Below are positions 13,652 through 23,216 of a stretch of 64,000 bases of DNA, in pieces. This DNA comes from Podarcis vaucheri (Eukaryota), in assembly GCA_965113315.1 (NCBI GenBank), contig OZ220364.1. One strand, 5' to 3'. Within the stretch, counting starts at the first letter, position 1. Each line of letters opens with the position of its first letter. The notes under the pieces are model-generated. The model saw nothing but the letters and a program-made list of their open reading frames with translations. It was not told the origin of the DNA and searched no databases. The translations under genes were made by a program, and so were the position numbers.

Positions 13652-14388
13652 TTATACTTAAGTCATTAAACTGCTTGCTAAGTCATCTCTCACTTGCTTC
13701 TTCCTAAACCCCCCCGCCCCAACTTTAGGTCTTCCTCAACTGTACCTTCCTCTCAGGATATTCTGTGCTTTGGATTCTGCCTTTTGAATCAAAGTTTGGT
13801 TGTTGCTGTTTTTAAATTGATAATGAATATTCCACTTCTCTGTATAACCGTTTAAAGGAAACTGTTTTGTTTTTAAAGGCCGTGACAAGAAAGCACCTTG
13901 TTTCCAAGGCTACAGAAGCCCAACCGATGAAAGTGTGTGCCGCTCATATCGGTTTTAGCAGGAAATAAGAAAGAAGCAGTAGCAGTAGCCATCAGAATAA
14001 CATAAAAAGATGGCTGTTCAGGCAATATACACTCCAGGGGATTCAAAACAGTGATATAAGCAACAAGCTAGTGTTGCTGCTAGGGAAAATGCCAGCTTTT
14101 CCTCATCTCCCACCCTATTCAATCCTATCCCTCATATACATACACTGGTAAGGCTAACTGGACCAAGTTATATTTTTTTTGTTTGGCACGGATAGGCAGT
14201 GCTAAGATTCAAGGGGGGGACTATTGTCATTTACCTTCCATTTCCTATGTCTGTAGGCTTCATTTGAAGCTTCCTCATGTTGACTAACCTCTCTTCTTTT
14301 CTTGTCTGTCTATTCTTAGGTTCAAGGATGAAAAGGAACTGCTGTTATCTGAGCTGCTGCCATTTTACTTCACTTTCAACAGCCATGG

Positions 14389-14735
14389 GGTAAAGGTAAA
14401 AGGTAAAGGTACCCCTGCCCGTACGGGCCAGTCTTGCCAGACTCTAGGGTTGTGCGCTCATCTCACTCTACAGGCCGGGAGCCAGCGCTGTCCGCAGACA
14501 CTTCCGGGTCACGTGGCCAGCGTGACGAAGCTGCATCTGGCGAGCCAGCGCAGCACACGGAACGCCGTTTACCTTCCCGCTGGTAAGCGGTCCCTATTTA
14601 TCTACTTGCACCCGGGGGTGCTTTCGAACTGCTAGGTTGGCAGGCGCTGGGACCAAATGACGGGAGTGCACCCCGCCGTGGGGATTTGAACCGCCAACCA
14701 TGTGATCGGCAAGTACTAGGCGCTGAGGTTTTACC
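14389..14735 (-). mobile_element. Sauria SINE (second subfamily)
   Basis: Reverse complement of the Sauria SINE body with AAAGGT-repeat tail at the left end. Confidence 0.88.
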
Positions 14736-14880
14736 AGCTGGCTGGTGGGGCAACACGGCAGCAAAAGAAATGCCTCTTTTGGTGCTGCGCTGCCCCGAAG
14801 AGCAGCTGATTCGCAGAGCAGCACAGCACCAAAAGAGGCACATCTTTCGGTGTTATGCTGCTGCATAGATCAGCTGATCA
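14735..14880. repeat. Short foldback element
   Basis: Perfect 17-nt inverted repeat tgcctcttttggtgctg/cagcaccaaaagaggca with cagctg ends. Confidence 0.6.
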
Positions 14881-15609
14881 GCAGGGCGCTGAGGCATTCC
14901 GTAGCAGCAACTGAAGACTAGGTTAAAAGGTGCCATATGGCTCCTAGCTTTAATATCTGTTTCTAAAACTGCCATGAGGAGGCCTAGATGGTTGTTAAGA
15001 TTTCTTAACAGGTTCCTGAATCAAGCCTGCTGAGCCCCTGACTCTGACTCCCTTCCACAAGTAATCTTGCTTTTGCATCTTTGTTTTGCAGGGCATCCTG
15101 CTGTTTCTCAGAAGCTTAACAAAGCTCTCCTTAGTAAGAAGATAGACACTGTAGTGGACAAGCGTCATTGAAGACAGCACGGCCACTACTCTTGATCTTC
15201 CCTACAAATGCAAAGCCACAGGCTAATAGTTCGAACAGGGCACTGGTGAGGCCCAACAGATCTGGCCAGTTTCCTGCTTGAACAGAACATGGACACTATG
15301 TCCCAGAATCCTTTGCAGTGTGCAGGGTTCTGCTGCAGACAAGCTAACATGGAAAAGATTCCCTGAACGCAGACACTTTGAAAACCACTATTTTAAACCA
15401 CATAATCAGAATCCATAGCCAACACGGCACCTGGGCTAGTGAAAACAGCAGCAACCCTGAAGAACAAGAGCAGAACAATAATGCTGGCATGAGGGAGGCA
15501 GATCAGACTAGTTAACCAGACAACACTGTGTGAGAAGGCAGGATAAAAACTCACTACCTATGGGAGGGACTGTACCCATTCCAAAAAAGAGAGAGGAAAA
15601 GATACTTGC

Positions 15610-15690
15610 CCGTCTGTTCTGAGTGAGACCTCCCTGGTCATCCGCAGTGGCTTCTTTCTCCTCTTCTTGCTTCTCTTCTTTGTCTGCAAC
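15610..15690 (-). CDS. SETD5: SETD5 exon ([27 protein letters not shown]), GC donor
   Basis: 81 nt, tttcag|GTT and CGG|gcaagt; the GC donor is the nearby site that keeps frame with the next exon. Confidence 0.88.
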
Positions 15691-15879
15691 CTGAAATGTG
15701 AGAGAATGGACCTCAGCAGCAGTCACAGCTGCAAAAAGATATGGGACAATTACCGTGAACGTCCAGCATTTCACTGGGGCTGGGGCTGCTCTGTGCCCAG
15801 GGAAGTCACTCCCCCTGGGAACAAGTTCCTCCAGAGTTAGTGACCAACACTCAATGCTATAGGATAGTGGAGACTTTAC

Positions 15880-16120
15880 CTCATTATCACTGGCTGCAGC
15901 AAGTCCCTCAGGGACTTCCTCTGGCTGTGGATTGCTGTTCTCATCTGATGCAGCTTCCCGCTGCTCCAGCTCCTTCCGACGAGCTTTCCGACGCCTGGTC
16001 TCTGCTCCAATCAGAGTGTCTAGAACAGGTGGAGGCAGCTGTTCTACAGTGTTTGGGCTCCGTTTCTGCACAGGGCAACTCCGGTTTCCCTTGTGACAGG
16101 CACAATCCACTTTATAGTTG
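15880..16120 (-). CDS. SETD5: SETD5 exon ([20 protein letters not shown]...[11 protein letters not shown]...DNE)
   Basis: 241 nt, cag|C and GAG|gtaaag; post-SET Cys cluster. Confidence 0.96.
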
Positions 16121-16370
16121 CTGCCCCATCACAAAAGACACAGAATATATTAGTATCGCTTCACAATGTCTTGAGAAACAATATGTAAGTATACCGTTGA
16201 GCTAAATGTCTAGGAAAGAGATGGGGGAACTGCTCCCATTATGACCTTTACCACCCAAGAGGCTGAGAATGTAATTTGACAACCAAAACCAAAAAGCAGG
16301 GGCACAAATGAAAAGGTCAGTACTGAGGGAAGAAGGGCAAGTCTCCAATAAGCAAGTAACAAACGCTCAC

Positions 16371-16480
16371 CAGTTATTGTACTCATAGTCAAAGGCAATG
16401 GTGACCTCTGCATCCTTGGCAATGGATGTAACAGCATATATGCACAGGTGAATCATCCCACCTGCTATCACATGGCGAAC
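16371..16480 (-). CDS. SETD5: SETD5 SET-domain exon ([36 protein letters not shown])
   Basis: 110 nt, aag|GTT and TG|gtgagc. Confidence 0.96.
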
Positions 16481-16884
16481 CTTCAACACACAAACAGAAA
16501 CGTTACAATCCCAAAAGTCAAGCATGTGCCACGTTGTAAAAGCTGAGTTTCAATGAAGTAGCAGCAAAGCCAGTCTCTTTAAGCAACTGTTAGTTTAGAA
16601 CAACCAAGTTGTGAAACGTGATGTATACATTTGAGACTGGAAGGATTTGCTTTGCTAGGTAGGGAATTCTGAATTCTGTCGAGGACTGGGATACTTGATG
16701 GAGAATGCAGGACAGATGGATCATAATTCCACCTGCTGAAGACCACAATGTCCAAGTGTTTGTCCTTCTGGGGCTACTGGTAAAATATTCTGCAGGATCA
16801 ATATTGTATAAAGGATCTGAGGATCCAGCACTTTTGGGCTGGTAGGGCGTTCTTTGTTTGAAGTCGTGGCCGACCACAAACTCA

Positions 16885-17091
<207 letters not shown>

Positions 17092-17250
17092 TTAATGGCA
17101 AACGCAGCCAAGCCTACAAGGCACCCGTGGAGCGCTGGACGCACCACCGCATAACGCATATTCATTTCTAAAACCAATCGGTTGTGGGGAACCTCCCACC
17201 CGCACCAGCCCCCAAAACGGCTCCACTTTTCAGACCGCTCAGCATTCTTA

Positions 17251-17514
<264 letters not shown>

Positions 17515-17818
17515 TTAATTGTCTACCAGAATGCATGAACTGAAGTAGCAGACATGCTCAAGGTAGCATTGCTGGCCAGACCAGGAATATTTTATACCTG
17601 AAAAGAATCTTATCTAATGAGCCAGGAAAGGAGGACGGGGAGAGAAGGACTGTCGTTTCATACCTCCCCGAGCTTCACCTTATCTGCTCTCCCCTATGTA
17701 TAAGCTTGCTTGCATCTAGAGGCAAAAGAGCATCTTTCAAACCTGGGCCTTATCAATGACCCACCACCCTAGCATGCAGCCAACTGGCCTACCACCACTT
17801 TGGGGTCTACTTGTTTAC

Positions 17819-18061
17819 CTGCATCTGAGAGCCAATGACAGTGTTGTTACAGAACAGCTCTGTCTTATTGATTGTGTCCAGCACAGCCGCCTTGCCCACA
17901 AACTCTTTATTGGCATTTAGATGGTGCTCCAGGAGGTTCTGTACATCCGCGCTGTATTGGTTAGTGAAGGCTTCTTCATACTGATCGGTCCAGAGCCTTA
18001 TGCGGTTTTCCCACCCCTCTGCCGTATTCTCATCCAGGGCATGGGCTTCTGAAGGAGAGTT
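17819..18061 (-). CDS. SETD5: SETD5 coding exon ([32 protein letters not shown]...GSQMQ)
   Basis: 243 nt, cag|AAC and CAG|gtaaac. Confidence 0.97.
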
Positions 18062-18562
18062 CTGCACCAAAAGGGAGTCAGTTCAATGTCTATACGGCAT
18101 AAGGGCTCTGTGAAAAGCACCGGGGCTGCTTGTGGTGACAGAGCAGCCTATAACTAGGAAAATAACCACCTAACTCTGTGTGGTCCTTGTTCTCAGCCAG
18201 CTTTTTTTGTGGCATTTTCAAAGTTCTCCCCATCCTGGTCTCTACTCAAGTAGCCTCAGGTAACCAGCACAACAGTACTTGAGCCCATTCCAACCACATC
18301 GCTTAGAAAACTAATGAGCCCTTCAACGTCTCTGCTCTTCAACATTGGTGTGCCTTGCACACCAAAGTCCTTTAAATGTGCACCTGTCTCAACAATAATG
18401 CCACAACCATCTTGGACCAGGTCAAAGGATAACCATGAAGTTTCATGCATGCTGATGACCAGTAAGCTGGGCTCAGTAGTCCTTGAGAACAAAACCAGGA
18501 GTCATTAATTGCGTTACAGGCATGAAACTGTATTCTGGGATCAGGTATGTGGCTTAACTCAC

Positions 18563-18601
18563 CTTCATCCGCAAAGACTTCCGTGAACCTTCTCTAAAAG
18601 C
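18563..18601 (-). CDS. SETD5: SETD5 39-nt symmetric exon (AFREGSRKSLRMK)
   Basis: tttcaacag|GCT...AAG|gtgagt, phase 0-0; resembles the AFREGSRK segment of paralog KMT2E. Confidence 0.9.
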
Positions 18602-19831
18602 CTGTTGAAAGAGTAAGACAAATGACCATCAGTATTTTTGCCCTATATATCTGTGCTCATTCATGCTAAATAAGGGGCACAGATGCAAAACTGCAACAAG
18701 GACTAGAAGAAAAACTGATCCCAGTGTACTTTCAATGGTAGACTCCCCCACCTCCCTAAAGGGTTGGCTGCCTTTTCCAGAACCTCCCTAGACGACAAGC
18801 ACGGATTGTTGCAGCTTTGGCCAAATAGCACTTCCACAAAGCAAAGAACAGGCTCTGAAAGAAAAGCAAAGGAACCACAGCAGAATATACACAGTTATGC
18901 CACCCTAAAATCTTTCTGTGGGTATCAAACAGCAAAATGAAGTTCCCAAATAAAAACCCTTCCAAGTATCCAGAGTCCCTTCTAAGTAAGAAGAGAGCTG
19001 CTGCTTAAGAATTACTTTAATATGCATTATTTTTGTTAGCTTATGCAGCAAAGAATCATGTAAAATGTGTAGAATATTAACCAAAAAGTAACTTTTATAA
19101 ACAAATTTGCTTTGTAGGAACAATTCTTCTGCATATGCACAATACAGATCAGCCAGATTTTGCTGCATCCAAACCCACAGTTTTCCACCCATGGGTCTCT
19201 ATATCCGAAGACTGAACATTGTGTGGTAAAGGAACCAAAGATCATTTATGCACTGGGAGGGTGGGGTGTCAATTTGAAATGGAAAAAATTAAATGCAAGT
19301 CATTTCTTGATGTTGTATGATTAAAATACTATTGTTGTTGTTGTTGTTATTTAGTGGCAGATCCTTAGCATTCATTTTTTTACTTGATGCTGATTGGCTA
19401 GAATGCTGGAAGTCAGAAGTCAGTTTAGTTCTTACTAATTCAATAATATTAGGTTTGTATCTCTGTAAGCAAGATGTATGTAGAGTCCTTTGGGGTTGTT
19501 GGTGTGGTTTTGTTGTTGTTGTTCAAACGACTGCTTAAGCGATCAGAAAAGCCCTCCCTTCCCCCACAGTTGCAGCCCTGCCTGAGCTGTGGGCATGGTG
19601 ACACAATTCCACTTCAGGCATCAGTGGAACATATTGTCACTGTTCGTGTTCGTTTTGTCCACAGCATCTGTCCCCCCACTACCCCCCCAAAAAACCAGAA
19701 GGAGATCATCATCAGGATACCGAAGGCTGCATACCAATAAGGAGGAGATTAGAGGAAAACGACCAGACATCCTCCCAAACGCTTACTTAGTAACTGGCTG
19801 GACTCACCAACAACCGTATCTATTGACATAC

Positions 19832-20019
19832 CTTGATTTTTTTGGCTTTTGGTGCCGTACGAGTTCTCTCTGTATTTCTTTTCCTCTTTTTGGGTTTGGT
19901 TCTGCAGACCCGATTGACGGTCAGAGTGATGCTCGTAGGGGTGTGTTGTGTAGCAGTGTACAACACTGTGGAGGGAGAGAGCTCCTCGTCCCAGCTCTCA
20001 GTTGCACTGCTGTCTCCGC
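19832..20019 (-). CDS. SETD5: SETD5 coding exon 5 ([27 protein letters not shown]...KKIK)
   Basis: 188 nt, cag|GC and AAG|gtatgt. Confidence 0.96.
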
Positions 20020-20332
20020 CTGCCGTGAAAAATGTCTTGTTGGCAACTTCCCCTTTGTTCTGAAAAAACCTGTGCCTGCCCTGTCCCACCCCGGTGAGTT
20101 AACATTGCACTCTTCTCCCCAAAAGGCTGTCAGGAACCTTCATCTTCCACTCACAATGGCAACTTGCTTTGCGCTTGCCCCCTTCAGCTCTTCCAATGTA
20201 CCTACCCTATACTCTTGAGATCTCAGGTAAACTGGGAAAGATGACAAAGAGAGGCAATGAGACACAGAGCACTCTCACTGCATCAGGGCACCCGCTCATT
20301 CAAATCCCGCAAGCCTGGGGGCACTAACTCAC

Positions 20333-20391
20333 CTGACACGTTGTCTTGCTTCCTCCGACGAAGTCTGATCACTTTTCCTCGGCTAAGCCCC
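20333..20391 (-). CDS. SETD5: SETD5 coding exon 4 (GLSRGKVIRLRRRKQDNVS)
   Basis: 59 nt, ttttgtag|G and CAG|gtgagt. Confidence 0.95.
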
Positions 20392-21191
20392 CTACAAAAG
20401 GACAACAGAAACCAAAAGTAGGCATTATTAAGGGCTATATTGCTTAAAATAAATTAACCTTGGGTCTTCAGCGGAACACCAGATCACCTGACATCAAAGT
20501 GTTATATAAAGTTAAAATGAATTTAATGGCCACGTCTCGGCTTCACACATTCACGTCCAAGGCCATCGCTTCAGCAAATAATGGGCTGTGCGCCCAGTGC
20601 AATATTCATGTTCTCAAGAGCCCCATCTTTCAAGTTTCAGAAAGACCACATTCTTAGCTCTCGTATGTGTGGAAATTAGCCTACAGTGGGTGAAAGCAGA
20701 GCCACTGAAATGCTCTGGACCAGTGATGGCCTGGAAGGACAGGAAAGTGGAAAGACATCAGATCTCATGTTCCTTATGACCCCCAAGCCCCCTTCTGCTG
20801 CTTGCCAATCTCTGAAGAAGTTCCACCTCTCCTTCGCTATTACTCTTTCACCATTGCATTAGAAGCACCTAACTTCATGGAGAGTTTCAGACACACTCCA
20901 CTGAGCATAAGGTATGATTATTTAACCAACTGCATTTGGTCAGCTCAAACAAATCACTTTTAGACAATCTGTCATTGGTACTATTTATTTGATCTGATGA
21001 ACTTGCAGGATTTGGCTCCTGCATTGTGAAAATGTGCGTGTTGATTTTGTGTAAGTCAGCTCCTTTGCTGCAGTGACCAATTGAAGGTAAAGAAAATGGT
21101 CCACTGAGCAATCAGGAAGCCTCTTTAAACATTCTCCCCACCCCCCTCGTTTTCCCATGTATGAAGCTGCCTACAGGCAAGAAGAACTTAC

Positions 21192-21403
21192 CTGCACTTC
21201 TCACATTTGATGAGGAAACCATCTTGGGAGAGACTACAGTGACACCAGCTAGGAATAGACTCTGCTTCTGAAGAACTCTCTGTGTCCCCAGAATTCTCCT
21301 CATCGTGAGAGTGTAGGCCATTCAGTTCTGCACGAGGGATGATGGTCTGGACAGGGGGAGAAGCAGGAGGGGTCGGAGGAGGAGGGGCTCCGTAATTATG
21401 ATC
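21192..21403 (-). CDS. SETD5: SETD5 coding exon 3 ([13 protein letters not shown]...[19 protein letters not shown])
   Basis: 212 nt, ttttcag|GAT and AG|gtaagt; alternative in-frame acceptor at 21346. Confidence 0.95.
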
Positions 21404-22145
21404 CTGAAAACAAACATTTGCATCAGTTCTATTTTGAATGCGGGGGAGGAGAGCAAGAGGCATGACTTTACACAACATGTGAGCCCTAAGACACTTCCAA
21501 AACCTACCCACCACCACATGCACAGATTTGAGGAGCGACAGGAACTCTGGCTAACAGAGCAAGGACCTACAACTTTGAACTCTCTCTAAAACTGGGCGGA
21601 GCAATTGTTTTCTCAGTCCAACCACAGATAAAGAAAGCCCTGATATCCAGGCGTCTTAGCAAAATGTACTAACACTGATTTGAACTACCTATGCTTGTGC
21701 TAATGGAAACAAAACCACACTACCCACACACAAGAAAGAAGTACCAGCAGTCTCAGAGGAAATCAGGGGCTTGCAACAAGTACCAAAAAAATCTGCAGGG
21801 AAAACGCCTCAAACAGCTCTATGCTATCTCTTCAAGGCACAAAATGTGGAGACTAAGGGGTGAAAATGGCAACCGGGTGGGATGCAGGGGGAGAATGGAG
21901 TGTCTGGAACCAGAAGACAGAGAAACATGTATGCATATGTATAGGGTAGAAATAAGCATCTCAATGTCTGGATACGTCATTTTCTGGTTCAAAGAAGTTA
22001 TTTTAAACTGTCCCCAAGTTTGGAATGAGAGCTGCTCACAGATATTGACAGAGAAATTCAATAATTTAATGTGTTTGGGGTTCAGCATAAGTATACCCAC
22101 TCCACCTCCTCAAACCCCCAAAATGGAAAAAAAATGCCCCCAAAC

Positions 22146-22259
22146 CATCCAGTGAGGACTGAGCATTCTCGATGGGCACGAAATACTGGCTGGCTGACAG
22201 GTGTAGACAGGGTGGCAGTGATGGAGAATGAAAAACGATGGAATGGGACAGCTGAAAAC
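22146..22259 (-). other. Candidate 114-nt in-frame cassette exon of SETD5 (VFSCPIPSFF...RMLSPHWM)
   Basis: ggctcag|GTT...ATG|gtttgg; 38 codons, no stop, fits a phase-0 intron. Confidence 0.55.
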
Positions 22260-22580
22260 CTGAGCCAGCACACTCCACACCATAACATTTCCTTGCAGGT
22301 CCCTCTTGCTTTTCTTAAGGCAGAGACCTGCATGTGTATGCAAGCATTCTGCACTGTTAAGCACAGAAAAACTGCAAGCTGTCTTTCAAACTGGCTTGAT
22401 TCTGAAACCTATGCTTTCAACTTTCAAAATACTGGGGCTTATCAATACACTTTTGGGGGAGGGGCGAGGGGAACTTCATTAGTAAAATCTACCTGCAATC
22501 GGTAGGTCTACCCTAGGTAGTAGTTTCTATGAGCAGTCAGTGCTAAAGACCAAAAAGGGAAAAAGAGATGCCCCCCTCAC

Positions 22581-22825
22581 CTTCTAGTCCAAGCCTGCAT
22601 TTAACAACTCAGTCGGCAGGCAAAGGAGGCCAGGTATTCAATGCAGGTGAACGAACAGGCCCATCACTCTGTCCTCCTCCTCCTCCACCAGCCAGTTTGC
22701 CTTCTGTGCTGGTCACAGTGGAAAGGCGGCCCTTCCTCTGTGACTGGCACACGGCGGAAGAGCGGTAGACCACTCCTCCTCTTGCCAGCTCCCTCGGCAG
22801 AAGGCTTTCTTTTAACACTGTCTTG
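22581..22825 (-). other. Candidate poison (PTC-containing) cassette exon of SETD5
   Basis: Strong donor GAAG|gtgagg at 22580; acceptor cgcctcttag at 22826 (less certain); stops in all three frames. Confidence 0.6.
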
Positions 22826-23110
22826 CTAAGAGGCGGGTAGCCTATGTTCTCATGCCGGCTGATTTTCTGGAAATGCAGTAACTTTGTGGGCTTGTTTACT
22901 AGGCTGTTCTAGTTCCATACTTCCCTTTCGCAGTAAGTTGTCTGCAAGCACTAAACAAACACAAACGCGGGGCTAGAAATTCAGTGCCCATGTGTTACTT
23001 GGCAATGCTGCCGTCCTCAAAGAAGATATACAGCTCAATCATGCACAAGCCAGGGAGAGGGGATGGGTAAAATAGATGAGTCGGCTGCAGATAAGAGAGA
23101 CGGTACTCAC

Positions 23111-23216
23111 TGCATAAGGCAGCCCTCGGTAGCTGTGCCTCTGGGAGGCCCCGTAGCCATGACTTGCATACACATTTTTCTCACCAACAGCTGGGCTAGC
23201 TTCCACAGACTCTGGG
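23111..23216 (-). CDS. SETD5: SETD5 coding exon 2 ([13 protein letters not shown]...RGLPYA)
   Basis: 106 nt, cag|C and GCA|gtgagt; phase 2 to 0. Confidence 0.96.

Noticed and set aside
19589-20218. 209-aa plus-strand ORF
   Set aside because: Antisense shadow of SETD5 exon 5 and flanking intron; no independent coding signal.
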